Origin: Limnohabitans sp.
GTDB lineage: Bacteria; Pseudomonadota; Gammaproteobacteria; Burkholderiales; Burkholderiaceae_C
Assembly: GCA_036787995.1 (NCBI GenBank)
Contig: DAIQOH010000001.1
Span: forward strand, 40,329-104,328
DNA length: 64,000 bases
Direction of reading: 5' to 3'
The notes beneath the pieces were generated by a model that saw only the letters and a list, made by a program, of their open reading frames with translations, had not been told where the DNA came from and did no database searches. The position numbers and the translations under genes were made by a program. Positions 12,297-21,752 of this stretch are shown here, piece after piece (position 1 is the stretch's first letter; the number at the start of each line of letters is the position of its first letter).

Positions 12297-13156
12297 TGTT
12301 TGAACAAGCCCTCGGGTTTTAAAAGCAGCACCAAGGCCATCAAGACATACACCAGCATGCTGGCAAATTGGGGCAACAAGACCTTGCCAAAGGTATCAAC
12401 CAAGCCCACCAACAATGCTGCTATCAGTGCGCCGCGAACAGAGCCTATGCCTCCGATCACCACCACCACAAAACACATGATCAGTACTTGAGAGCCCATA
12501 TAAGGGTAAACACTGGACAAAGGTGCGATCAACATGCCACCCAGAGTTGCAAGCGCCACACCCATGGCGAAGACCAAGGAGTGCAATCGAACAATGTTGA
12601 CGCCCATGGCTTGTGCCATATCGCTGTTGAAAGCACCTGCACGAATTTTCATGCCCAGTTTGGTTTGACTTATCAATAGCCACAAGCCCAATGCCAGCGC
12701 ACTGCAAACAACCAACATGAACAAACGATAAGCAGGATAAGACAGGGTGTCGGTGAGGTGAATAGACCAGTCCAACACTGCAGGTACGGCCACACTGTGT
12801 ACATCGTCCCCCCAAAGCATAGAGCGCAGTTCTTCAAAAAGATAAATGAGTCCAAAGGTCAGCAATACCTGATCCAAATGGCTGCGATGGTAGAAATGTT
12901 TGAACAGCAGTTTCTCTAGCAACCATCCAATAGTGACGCTGATAAGCGTACCCACCACCACAGCCAAAGCCAAATTGCCCCAAGTGTTTGTTAGCGAATA
13001 AGCCAAATAAGCGCCAAGCATATAAAAGCTGCCATGCGCCAAATTGACCACGCCCATGATGCCAAATATCAGCGTCAAACCTGCCGCCAGTAAAAACAGC
13101 AAAAGACCGTATTGAACGCTGTTGAGCAGCTGTATCAGAATGTTAGCGAGGTCCAT
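12293..13156 (-). CDS. HAAT-type ABC transporter permease (LivH-like)
   Basis: AAGLTLIFGIMGVVNLAHG, VVVVIGGIGS. Confidence 0.93.
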   Translation of the reverse strand: MDLANILIQLLNSVQYGLLLFLLAAGLTLIFGIMGVVNLAHGSFYMLGAYLAYSLTNTWGNLALAVVVGTLISVTIGWLLEKLLFKHFYHRSHLDQVLLTFGLIYLFEELRSMLWGDDVHSVAVPAVLDWSIHLTDTLSYPAYRLFMLVVCSALALGLWLLISQTKLGMKIRAGAFNSDMAQAMGVNIVRLHSLVFAMGVALATLGGMLIAPLSSVYPYMGSQVLIMCFVVVVIGGIGSVRGALIAALLVGLVDTFGKVLLPQFASMLVYVLMALVLLLKPEGLFKQ

Positions 13157-14340
13157 CAACCCAACTTGCAGCCTACGCCAGAATCTGACAACGCCTTGGC
13201 AGCGACGCCCATGACCACATTTTCCTTGCCTTTGACCACGCGCAAATACATGTCTTGCACGGGGTTATGGGCTTTGCTCATGGTCCATTTGCCGCGTGGG
13301 CTGTCAATGACTGCACCCTCCATAGCGGCATACAGGGCTTTTTTATTTGAGAGGTCGCCGCCAACAGCCCCTGCACCTTGCAGCAGCAACAATCCCGCAT
13401 CGTAGCCTTGTACTGCGTAGACATCCGGTTGCATTTTGTAGGTCTTGGCATAGGCCAAGCGGAAGGTGTCGTTTCGCTTGGTTTGCAAAGAGGCGCTGTA
13501 ATGAAGCGTGGTCATGATGCCTTGCGCAGAGGGCGCTAACTCGTCATCCAATAAGCCCTCGGTCAGAAAACCTGAACCATACAAAGGAATTTTGCCTGCC
13601 AAGCCTGCTGCAGCGTAATCGCGAATGAACTTGGAGGCTCCTCCACCTGAGAAAAAGCAAGCCACTGCATCGGGTTTGATAGAAGCAATTTCGGTTAATA
13701 AAGCTTGGAATTCCACATTGGGGAAAGGCAGCCCCAGTTCTTTCACAATGGTGCCCCCCGCAGCTGTGTAACCTTCTTTAAAACCTTCACCGGCTTCGTC
13801 ACCTGCCGCGTATTTCCAAGTGATCCATACGGCTTTTTTATGGCCTTTGTCCACCATGACTTTGCCCAATGCTTGGGTGGTTTGACCATTGCTGAATGAG
13901 GTACGAAACACATTGGGAGCACACAGCGCACGGGTCGCTGCATGCATACCTGCGTTGGGAATGATATTGAGCACACCGGTTTCACGGGCGACTTTGTGTA
14001 TGCCCATTTGCACACCTGAGTGCACGGTACCGATGAGCACATCGACTTTGTCACGTTGCACCAACTTATTGGCGTTTTCAACGCCTTTAGAGGGCTCAGA
14101 CTCGTCATCCACTTTGAAGAACTCCACTTCACGACCACCCACTTTGCCGCCTGCTTCTTGCAATGCCATGCGAAAGCCGTTGTCAATAGAGACACCTAAC
14201 TGCGTGTAAGTACCGGTGTAAGGCAGCATGAGGCCAACGCGCAATTTGGCATTTTGTGCCTGTGCAGGTACCCAAAGCCCAGAGCTTGCAGCACCCACGA
14301 TAGCAGCGGTGCTAGTTAACAGTTGTCGGCGAGAGGCCAT
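13156..14340 (-). CDS. ABC transporter substrate-binding protein, aromatic-acid type, with Tat signal
   Basis: MASRRQLL twin-arginine leader; VGLMLPYTGTY, GTVHSGV, IDSPRG; next to pobA and an aryl-CoA ligase. Confidence 0.9.
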   Translation of the reverse strand: MASRRQLLTSTAAIVGAASSGLWVPAQAQNAKLRVGLMLPYTGTYTQLGVSIDNGFRMALQEAGGKVGGREVEFFKVDDESEPSKGVENANKLVQRDKVDVLIGTVHSGVQMGIHKVARETGVLNIIPNAGMHAATRALCAPNVFRTSFSNGQTTQALGKVMVDKGHKKAVWITWKYAAGDEAGEGFKEGYTAAGGTIVKELGLPFPNVEFQALLTEIASIKPDAVACFFSGGGASKFIRDYAAAGLAGKIPLYGSGFLTEGLLDDELAPSAQGIMTTLHYSASLQTKRNDTFRLAYAKTYKMQPDVYAVQGYDAGLLLLQGAGAVGGDLSNKKALYAAMEGAVIDSPRGKWTMSKAHNPVQDMYLRVVKGKENVVMGVAAKALSDSGVGCKLG

Positions 14341-14361
14341 GGAAGTCTCCTGAGGGGATGT

Positions 14362-15936
14362 TTATTGAGAAAGAGCGCGGAGTTTAAAGCGCTGAATTTT
14401 GCCTGTGGCAGTTTTGGGGAGTTCATCCACAAACTCAACCCAACGGGGGTATTTGTAGGGCGCAAGCTGGGATTTCACATGTTGTTTGAGTTCATCTGTG
14501 GTCAGTGACTTACCCGGTTGGGTCACCACAAACGCTTTGGGTTTGGTCAAGCCTTGTTCATCATCATGGCCAATCACAGCAGCCTCAAGTACAGCAGGGT
14601 GGGACATGAGGGAGGCCTCTACCTCAAACGGCGAGACGTAAATACCACCAACTTTCAGCATGTCATCGCTGCGGCCACCATAGGTATAGAAACCATCTTC
14701 ATCGCAGCTGTATTTGTCGCCGCTGCGGGTCCATTCACCTGCAAACGTATGCTTGGTTTTTTCGCGGTTATTCCAATACATGATGGCCGATGTGGGGCCT
14801 TGAATTTGCAATTCACCCAACTCGCCCACAGCGCAGGCATGCCCCTCGTCATTGACCAAGCGCAAGGCATAGCCGGGCACCACTTCGCCCGTGGTGCCAT
14901 AGCGAACACGCCCAGGTCGATTGGACAGAAAAATATGCAGCATTTCGGTCGAGCCAATGCCGTCCAAAATATCGGTTCCGTACTCGGATTGCCAACGCTT
15001 GCCAATATCCGCGGGCAAGGCCTCACCCGCACTGGTACACACCCGTAAATTCAAAGCTTGGGCCTTTGGCCTTGAAGCTTGGGCGAGCATGCTGGCAAAC
15101 AGGGTGGGCACACCATAAAAAACAGTAGGTTGGTGCCTTTGGAGTATGTCAAACACATCGGCAGGTGTGGCGCGCTTGTCAAACAACACCGTGGTTGCAC
15201 CTTGGGCCAAAGGAAAGCTCAGGGCATTGCCAAGCCCATAGGCGAAAAACAATTTAGCCGCAGAAAACACCACATCGTTTTGTTGCAGTCCCAATACCCC
15301 ACGTCCATATAACTCGGCAGTTTGGATGATATGGCTGTGCAAATGCAAAGTCCCTTTAGGCGAACCAGTAGAGCCACTGGAGTACAACCAAAAACACACA
15401 TCATCTGACAAGGTATGAACGCATTCGCTAAGGGGTTGGCTATTGCGAATGAGTTGGGAAATGCTTTCCGAAGGGCGTGCAGGCGCATCCTCGTCAATGA
15501 AAACGTGTTGACAAGTTGTGACCAAGGGCAGAATGTTTTCAAATTGGGGCCATAAAGCCGATGAGACGATCAAGCCTTTGGCTCTGGAGTCGCGCAACAT
15601 GTATTCATAGTCTTTGGTTGTCAACAAGGTGTTGACCGCAATGGGCACAACCCCTGCCAAGATACAACCCAAAAACACCACAGGCCAATGCAAACCATCG
15701 TGCATGCACAACAAAACCCGTTGTTCTTGCTCAAACCCTGTGTCTATTAAGCTTTGTGCAAAACAATGGGCTTGGTGGCTGAGTTCACCGTAGCTCAACT
15801 TTTTGTTGGTAGAGGCTTCTATGTAAGCAATCTTGTTGGGGCGCTGCGAATGGCGGGACAGCAAATCGTGGGCGGCGTTATAAACCCGCGGTATCGCCAT
15901 AGCAGGCTTGGATTGATCTGTATGCTGGCCATTCAT
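14362..15936 (-). CDS. Benzoate-CoA ligase family protein
   Basis: WLYSSGSTGSPKG, SAAKLFFAYGLGN, DGIGSTEMLHIFLSN, LPKTATGKIQRFKLR. Confidence 0.93.
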   Translation of the reverse strand: MNGQHTDQSKPAMAIPRVYNAAHDLLSRHSQRPNKIAYIEASTNKKLSYGELSHQAHCFAQSLIDTGFEQEQRVLLCMHDGLHWPVVFLGCILAGVVPIAVNTLLTTKDYEYMLRDSRAKGLIVSSALWPQFENILPLVTTCQHVFIDEDAPARPSESISQLIRNSQPLSECVHTLSDDVCFWLYSSGSTGSPKGTLHLHSHIIQTAELYGRGVLGLQQNDVVFSAAKLFFAYGLGNALSFPLAQGATTVLFDKRATPADVFDILQRHQPTVFYGVPTLFASMLAQASRPKAQALNLRVCTSAGEALPADIGKRWQSEYGTDILDGIGSTEMLHIFLSNRPGRVRYGTTGEVVPGYALRLVNDEGHACAVGELGELQIQGPTSAIMYWNNREKTKHTFAGEWTRSGDKYSCDEDGFYTYGGRSDDMLKVGGIYVSPFEVEASLMSHPAVLEAAVIGHDDEQGLTKPKAFVVTQPGKSLTTDELKQHVKSQLAPYKYPRWVEFVDELPKTATGKIQRFKLRALSQ

Positions 15937-16028
15937 AAGTGCATATTATTGCCTAGGCATAACTGCATCAAAATGCATGGAGCGGCTTTGCACCAGCGCT
16001 ATGTTGAGTGTGGGTAGAATGCACGCAT

Positions 16029-16105
<77 letters not shown>

Positions 16106-16113
16106 TTTAGTAG

Positions 16114-16139
16114 AAAAGGCCCCTTCCGGGGCCTTTTTT
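16114..16139. terminator. Intrinsic-terminator-like hairpin between the two tRNAs
   Basis: AAAAGGCCCC-TTCC-GGGGCCTTTTTT. Confidence 0.75.
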
Positions 16140-16148
16140 GTTCCATTT

Positions 16149-16225
16149 CTGCCCGTAGCTCAGTTGGATAGAGCAACAGCCTTCTAAGCTGTGGGTCGGG
16201 GGTTCGATCCCCTCCGGGCAGGCCA
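16149..16225 (+). tRNA. tRNA-Arg (TCT)
   Basis: CTGCCCG/CGGGCAG acceptor stem, ACAGC-CTTCTAA-GCTGT anticodon arm, GGTTCGATCC, CCA; 77 nt. Confidence 0.97.
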
Positions 16226-16238
16226 ATGACCTGTGTTG

Positions 16239-16928
16239 TCAATGGTGCTCTTTGGGTTTTTCCTTGGCAGCTTTATCAAAGAAGTGGTACCAGCATTCCT
16301 CTTTGGCCAGCACATTGCTTTTATTGTCCAAGCAGTAAGCACGTCTGATTTTGCGCTCGTGGTCGGTGATGAAGTAGCTGCGATACAAGGTTTTGTTCAA
16401 CACATACATGATGACGGTGCGTGACTGGGGGCAAGATTCCCCAAGAATGCAACTGCGCATAACGTTGGGGCTGACATAAAGCTCAACAGAAACAATGGGC
16501 AATTTTTTGCCGTGGTGGGTCGCTACCAATCTCACCGCACAGGTTGAGCCACTGACTTTGTTTAAACCGTCTTTAGCGGCCAGCATATTGGCTTCTTCCG
16601 CCATCAATTGCCTAAACCATTCGCCAATCACGCCGCGGCACACAAAGTATTCTTCCTCTTCGGTTTTGTGAAATGGCTCTATGTACGGACGGCGCTTGGA
16701 GTCAAAGTAAAAAAGCGGTTCTTGCCCTTCAAAGGTACGCGTGGGTTTTTCGGCTTTCCCGCCGCCACCATGGGCATCCTTCGCGGGCGCCCCATGATCA
16801 TCCTTTTTGGCTCCGTGATCGTCTTTTGCGGGTGCACCATGATCGTCATTCGCCCATACTGGGGTTACCCACAGTGACTGTAGGCCAATAAGGCAGGCAA
16901 ATACAAAAATAAAGCGCAGTTTGTTCAT
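16239..16928 (-). CDS. Exported hypothetical protein with His-rich N-terminal repeats and a 6-Cys domain
   Basis: Signal peptide (MNKLRFIFVFACLIG...VWA), DDHG repeats, paralogous to 16992-17684; start 16928 or 16946. Confidence 0.8.
   Translation of the reverse strand: MNKLRFIFVFACLIGLQSLWVTPVWANDDHGAPAKDDHGAKKDDHGAPAKDAHGGGGKAEKPTRTFEGQEPLFYFDSKRRPYIEPFHKTEEEEYFVCRGVIGEWFRQLMAEEANMLAAKDGLNKVSGSTCAVRLVATHHGKKLPIVSVELYVSPNVMRSCILGESCPQSRTVIMYVLNKTLYRSYFITDHERKIRRAYCLDNKSNVLAKEECWYHFFDKAAKEKPKEHH
16767..16847 (-). repeat. Degenerate coding tandem repeat, four D(D/A)HG units
   Basis: Encodes DDHGAPAK-DDHGAKK-DDHGAPAK-DAHG. Confidence 0.85.
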
Positions 16929-16991
16929 GGGTGGTATGGGGTGCATCCTGTGAATCGACCGAAAAACCGAAGTCTTGAGTGCTACACCCGT

Positions 16992-17684
16992 TTATTCAAT
17001 GGTGTAACAGGTGGAATTCCGGTGCCATTTGCCGGTGTCAGTCACGCAATGCTGGAAAATTTCTTTGGAGTTGGTGTTGGATAAGAAATAAGAGCGGTAG
17101 ATGGATTTTTTGATAGGTACAAAATTCACCGTCCGGAAAACAGGGCAAAAGTCATTGCGGACACACTTATCAAACTCTTTGCGTGATTCAAATAATTGCA
17201 CGCCTATGCGGCCAGGAGTTAAGCTTTTTTCAGTGCCATAGGTCACGATGCAGTTTTCACCATGCACAAACGGCAAATCGGCCAACTCATTGAAATAGTT
17301 CATTTCCGCCACGATCAACTCCAAAAACCAAGGTCCAATCACGCCTTTGCATTCGTAGTAGTCCATTTTGTCTTTGTGGTTAACAACTTCTCCTAAGGGG
17401 CGGTTGGTTTTATCTAGCAAGACCATGGGCTCCTTGCCGGAGTTGGGTGGCCTGGCTTTGGATGCTCTGGGAGCTTCTTCTTTGCCTTCTTGGCTTTGCG
17501 AGCCCTCATTCAACACCGCTTGAACTCGGCGCTCAAAGCTTTCAGGGTCACCCTTGGTATCGGTGCGTTTTTCAGGTATGGGTTTGTATTTGGGTTCAGC
17601 ATCAGGTTTTGAATCGGAGCAAGCCACCAGCGCAAGCATCAAGCCCAGGGCAGTTACACAAGAAAGAAGAAAAGGTTTGCGCAT
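16992..17684 (-). CDS. Hypothetical lipoprotein with a 6-Cys domain
   Basis: Lipobox LVAC after a hydrophobic leader, charged linker, C-terminal domain paralogous to 16239-16928. Confidence 0.82.
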   Translation of the reverse strand: MRKPFLLSCVTALGLMLALVACSDSKPDAEPKYKPIPEKRTDTKGDPESFERRVQAVLNEGSQSQEGKEEAPRASKARPPNSGKEPMVLLDKTNRPLGEVVNHKDKMDYYECKGVIGPWFLELIVAEMNYFNELADLPFVHGENCIVTYGTEKSLTPGRIGVQLFESRKEFDKCVRNDFCPVFRTVNFVPIKKSIYRSYFLSNTNSKEIFQHCVTDTGKWHRNSTCYTIE

Positions 17685-17757
17685 GGTCAATCAAATGTTG
17701 CGGTGTTAAGAGGTATTATCAGTGCAAGATAAATACCTATCGATCGATTGCTTTTAT

Positions 17758-18627
17758 ATGACGTGTATTCGTTTTTCTTATATCTTTTCCTGTTGTTTGT
17801 GTGTGTTAGCAACGGCGTGCGGCGGGGGTGGTCGCTCAGTCACGGTGGAAGACGGTATGTCTTCCAAAACAGTGACATTGTTCTCATCAGGGCTTAATGG
17901 GCCTAAGCATATGGTTTTCAAAGATGGCAATTTGTATGTCGCTAACGCTGGAACCCATAGCATCAAGAATGCGCAAACAGGTGAAAATTATTTTTCTTTG
18001 AACGGGTTTGTCCCTTTTGGTATGGCGCTGTATGGCAATGATCTGTTCTTCACTGGTACCGGTAGCTCTGCAGGTATTTACAAGAACCAAACCAACATTG
18101 TTTTAAGGGACAACTACTACGGCATTGGCTTTGCGAACGGGAAGTTGTATGTTGCAGATAACGCCTACAGTCAAGTAGCGACTTACGACATCGCCAACTT
18201 CAACATCGTCCTGGAGACGCGGGCTGTTCCTCAAGGTTTTTTACAGGGAATAGGTGTTTCTGGCTCTGATGTTTTTGTCACGGTTTCAGCGCCGGGCAAG
18301 GTGATCAAAATTTCTGGCCCTACCAATGATGAGATGGCTTGGGGAAGTTTTTCCTTACCCAATGCGATCGTCTTTGATGGCACCTACGCGTATATCGCCA
18401 ACAAGGGTGATGTGAATGGGGATGGCGGATACATCAGCCGCAAAAAAATGTCGGACAGCAGTGCGGCTGAGGTTTTCATTGATGGCACAACGGGCAATTG
18501 GAAAACCAACAATCCAGGGTTTTGCGGATTGGCTGGATTGGCTATCAGTGGCTCTTATTTGTACGCCAGCAATGGCACATGCACCAGTGGCAACAACGCC
18601 AACACGGTGTTGAAAATCAAGCTGTAA
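17758..18627 (+). CDS. Putative lipoprotein with NHL/beta-propeller-like repeats
   Basis: LATACGGGG lipobox-like motif; repeated blades GNLYVANAG, GKLYVADN, TYAYIANKG, SYLYASNG; start 17758 (ORF opens at 17722). Confidence 0.75.
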   Translation: MTCIRFSYIFSCCLCVLATACGGGGRSVTVEDGMSSKTVTLFSSGLNGPKHMVFKDGNLYVANAGTHSIKNAQTGENYFSLNGFVPFGMALYGNDLFFTGTGSSAGIYKNQTNIVLRDNYYGIGFANGKLYVADNAYSQVATYDIANFNIVLETRAVPQGFLQGIGVSGSDVFVTVSAPGKVIKISGPTNDEMAWGSFSLPNAIVFDGTYAYIANKGDVNGDGGYISRKKMSDSSAAEVFIDGTTGNWKTNNPGFCGLAGLAISGSYLYASNGTCTSGNNANTVLKIKL

Positions 18628-18636
18628 AGGTTGGCA

Positions 18637-19362
18637 TTAACGCTTTTCGTATTGCGTCTTGCCAAACAGCGTTTCCATGGCTTTTTTATCGTCTTGCAGG
18701 GGTTTGCGCAACTCGGCCAATACCGCACAACCGCGTTGTACTGCTGGACGTGCACCAACGGTATCAAACCATTCTTTCAGGCGGGGGTAATCCGCCCAAT
18801 CAATGCCTTGGTGCTCCCAACTGCGTACCCAAGGGAAGATGGCAATGTCTGCGATGGAATAGGTTTTTCCAGCAATATAAGGGTGGTGTGCCAGTTGCCT
18901 GTCCATCACGCCATACAAGCGTTTGGCTTCATTGGTGTAGCGCTCAATGCCGTAAGGCACTTTTTCGGGGGCGTAAATGCGGAAATGGTGGGCTTGGCCC
19001 AGCATGGGACCCACACCACCCATTTGGAACATCAGCCATTGCAGCACTTCATATTTGCCCCGGTCATTGCTGGGCATGAATTTGCCCGTTTTGGCAGCCA
19101 AGTACACCAAAATAGCACCCGACTCAAACAAACTGATGGGCTTGCCGTCCGGTCCGTGGGGGTCGACCAGGGCAGGAATCTTGTTGTTCGGGCTGATGGT
19201 CAAAAACTCGGGCGTGAACTGCTCGCCTTTGCCAATATGCACGGGGTGCGCCAGCCAGTCCCGCCCCAGGGCAAAACCACACTCTTCCAGCATGACATGA
19301 ACCTTGTGCCCATTGGGGGTAGGCCATGTGTAGACATCGATCATGGGGTTTGGTGCTTTCAT
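18637..19362 (-). CDS. Glutathione S-transferase, YfcG/Nu-class-like
   Basis: TPNGHKV, SPNNKIPAL, FESGAILVYLA, QMGGVGPMLGQAHHF. Confidence 0.92.
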   Translation of the reverse strand: MKAPNPMIDVYTWPTPNGHKVHVMLEECGFALGRDWLAHPVHIGKGEQFTPEFLTISPNNKIPALVDPHGPDGKPISLFESGAILVYLAAKTGKFMPSNDRGKYEVLQWLMFQMGGVGPMLGQAHHFRIYAPEKVPYGIERYTNEAKRLYGVMDRQLAHHPYIAGKTYSIADIAIFPWVRSWEHQGIDWADYPRLKEWFDTVGARPAVQRGCAVLAELRKPLQDDKKAMETLFGKTQYEKR

Positions 19363-19365
19363 GGC

Positions 19366-20628
19366 TTAAGAACCGCGGGTAATGGGCATGTCCACTTCTT
19401 GCGGCAAAGTGGCGATGTGGCGAGCCAGTTCTAATTTGGCGATGGAGTTGCGATGCACCTCGTCGGGGCCGTCGGCCAAACGCAGAGTGCGTTGGTGGGC
19501 ATAGGCGTAGGCCAATGGGAAATCATCGCTGACGCCGCCTGCACCGTGCGCTTGGATAGCCCAGTCGATGATTTGCGTGGCCATCACAGGGGCAATCACC
19601 TTGATCATGGCAATTTCGGTTTTGGCGATTTTGTTGCCCACCGTGTCCATCATGTAAGCAGCCTTCAGCGTCAACAATCGTGCTTGCTCGATCATGATGC
19701 GCGACTCTGCAATGCGTTCATGCCACACACCTTGGGCAGAAATGAGCTTGCCAAAAGCTGTTCGGCTGTTGAGGCGCTTGCACATCAACTCCAAAGCGCG
19801 TTCTGCACAGCCAATGGTGCGCATGCAGTGGTGAATACGGCCGGGGCCTAAGCGGCCTTGGGCGATCTCGAAGCCGCGTCCCTCACCCAAGAGCAAATTG
19901 CCCACAGGGACACGTACGTTCTTCATCAGCACTTCCATGTGGCCATGGGGCGCATCGTCGTAACCAAACACGGACAAAGGACGCAAAATTTCCACCCCAG
20001 GTGAATTGGCAGGCACCACGATCATGCTCTGCTGCGAATGACGTGGTGCATCGGGATCGGTTTTGCCCATGACGATGTACACCGCGCATCGGGGGTCACC
20101 TGCGCCAGACGACCACCATTTACGGCCATTGATAACGTAATGCTCACCATCGCGGCGGATGCTGCACTGGATGTTGGTGGCGTCAGATGAAGCCACATCG
20201 GGTTCGGTCATCAAAAACGCTGAGCGGATTTCACCGCGCAACAAAGGCTCTAGCCACTGGTCTTTCAAGGACTCACTTGCATAGCGCTCAAAGGTTTCCA
20301 TGTTGCCGGTGTCAGGTGCCGAGCAGTTGAATACCTCGGCCGCAAAGGGCACACGACCCATGATTTCGCATAAAGGTGCGTATTCCAGATTGCTCAAGCC
20401 TTCGGGCGCTCTCTTGCTGTGAGGCAAAAACAGGTTCCACAATCCGGCTTTGCGTGCCAAAGGCTTGAGTTCTTCGACGATTTTGGTGGGAATCCAAGCG
20501 TTTCCTGCGGCACGATTGGCCGCAATTTCGGCATAAAAGCGGGCCTCGTTGGGGTAGATGTGTTCGTCCATGAAGGCAAGTAAGCGCGCTTGCATGGTTT
20601 TAACCTTGTCGGTGTAATCAAAATTCAT
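19366..20628 (-). CDS. Acyl-CoA dehydrogenase, ACAD10/11-like
   Basis: [49 protein letters not shown]; start at ATG 20628. Confidence 0.93.
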   Translation of the reverse strand: MNFDYTDKVKTMQARLLAFMDEHIYPNEARFYAEIAANRAAGNAWIPTKIVEELKPLARKAGLWNLFLPHSKRAPEGLSNLEYAPLCEIMGRVPFAAEVFNCSAPDTGNMETFERYASESLKDQWLEPLLRGEIRSAFLMTEPDVASSDATNIQCSIRRDGEHYVINGRKWWSSGAGDPRCAVYIVMGKTDPDAPRHSQQSMIVVPANSPGVEILRPLSVFGYDDAPHGHMEVLMKNVRVPVGNLLLGEGRGFEIAQGRLGPGRIHHCMRTIGCAERALELMCKRLNSRTAFGKLISAQGVWHERIAESRIMIEQARLLTLKAAYMMDTVGNKIAKTEIAMIKVIAPVMATQIIDWAIQAHGAGGVSDDFPLAYAYAHQRTLRLADGPDEVHRNSIAKLELARHIATLPQEVDMPITRGS

Positions 20629-20659
20629 CAGAGGCTCCGGTGGTATGAATGTTTCAAAA

Positions 20660-21748
20660 TCAAAAACTGCTGCGTTGGGCAAATAACCAGGCCAATTCAG
20701 CCATGGGTCGTGCGCCGGCACCCGAGGCCTTGGCCTGAGCGCTGGACGCCGTACCGTCTTCCACCCGCTTGGCAATGCCTTGCAAAATGGCCGCAATGCG
20801 GAACATGTTGTAGGCCAGGTAGAAATTCCAATCGGGCTTTAATGCTTCCAAGGTGGTTAGGCCACTGCGTTGGCAATATAAATCGATGTACTCGTCTTCA
20901 AGGGGGATGCCCAAGGATGCGTGGTCTAGGCCCCCAATGCCTCTGAAACTGCCCGGTGGGATGTGCCACGACATGCAGTGGTAGCTGAAGTCGGCCAAGG
21001 GGTGGCCAAGCGTTGACAACTCCCAATCCAAAACCGCCAACACCCGCGCTTCGGTGGGGTGAAAAATCAGGTTATCCAAGCGGAAATCACCATGAACAAC
21101 ACAGGTGTGGTCCGCACGCGCACTGGCAGGCATATGGGCGGGCAGCCATTCCATCAGTTTGTCCATTTCTGGAATAGGCTGGGTGACGGAGGCGATGTAC
21201 TGCTTGCTCCAGCGGCCAATTTGACGGTCGAAGTAGTTGCCGGGTTTTCCAAAATTTCCTAGGCCCTGGGTTTGATGGTTGACCGCATGCAAAGCGGCAA
21301 TCACCCGGTTCATTTCCAAATAAATAGAGCGACGCTGCGCTGGTGTCATGTCTGGCAGCGCTTGGTCCCACAGTACGCGGCCTTGCACGAACTCCATGAC
21401 ATAAAAAGCACGGCCAATGACCGACTCGTCTTCGCACAGCACATGCATTTGGGCCACAGGTACGCCCGTGCCGTCCAAACCGCGCATGACTGCATATTCG
21501 CGTTCTATGGCATGTGCGGAAGGCAGTAATTTGGCGACCGGCCCAGGCTTGGCGCGCATGACATAGCTTTTGCTGGGTGTGATCAGTTTGTAAGTTGGGT
21601 TGGATTGGCCCCCTTTGAACATTTCCACCTGCAAAGGACCTGCAAAACCGGGCATATGGGCTTGCAGCCAGTGCGTCAATGCTTGTGTGTCGAAGCGATG
21701 GGCATCGCTGACCTCGCGGGTACCCACAAAATTGTCAAAGTTGCTCAT
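20660..21748 (-). CDS. APH-family phosphotransferase, ACAD10/11 kinase-like
   Basis: [43 protein letters not shown]; start at ATG 21748. Confidence 0.92.
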   Translation of the reverse strand: MSNFDNFVGTREVSDAHRFDTQALTHWLQAHMPGFAGPLQVEMFKGGQSNPTYKLITPSKSYVMRAKPGPVAKLLPSAHAIEREYAVMRGLDGTGVPVAQMHVLCEDESVIGRAFYVMEFVQGRVLWDQALPDMTPAQRRSIYLEMNRVIAALHAVNHQTQGLGNFGKPGNYFDRQIGRWSKQYIASVTQPIPEMDKLMEWLPAHMPASARADHTCVVHGDFRLDNLIFHPTEARVLAVLDWELSTLGHPLADFSYHCMSWHIPPGSFRGIGGLDHASLGIPLEDEYIDLYCQRSGLTTLEALKPDWNFYLAYNMFRIAAILQGIAKRVEDGTASSAQAKASGAGARPMAELAWLFAQRSSF

Positions 21749-21752
21749 AGGT

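Noticed and set aside
16767..16847. Possible CRISPR-like repeat array
   Set aside because: Units are 21-24 nt, degenerate, in-frame coding repeats without spacers; no cas genes.
18631..19434. 267-aa plus-strand ORF
   Set aside because: Lies antisense to a clear YfcG-like GST.
20660..21748. Aminoglycoside resistance gene
   Set aside because: APH fold, but the motifs and the adjacent acyl-CoA dehydrogenase indicate the metabolic ACAD10/11-type kinase.
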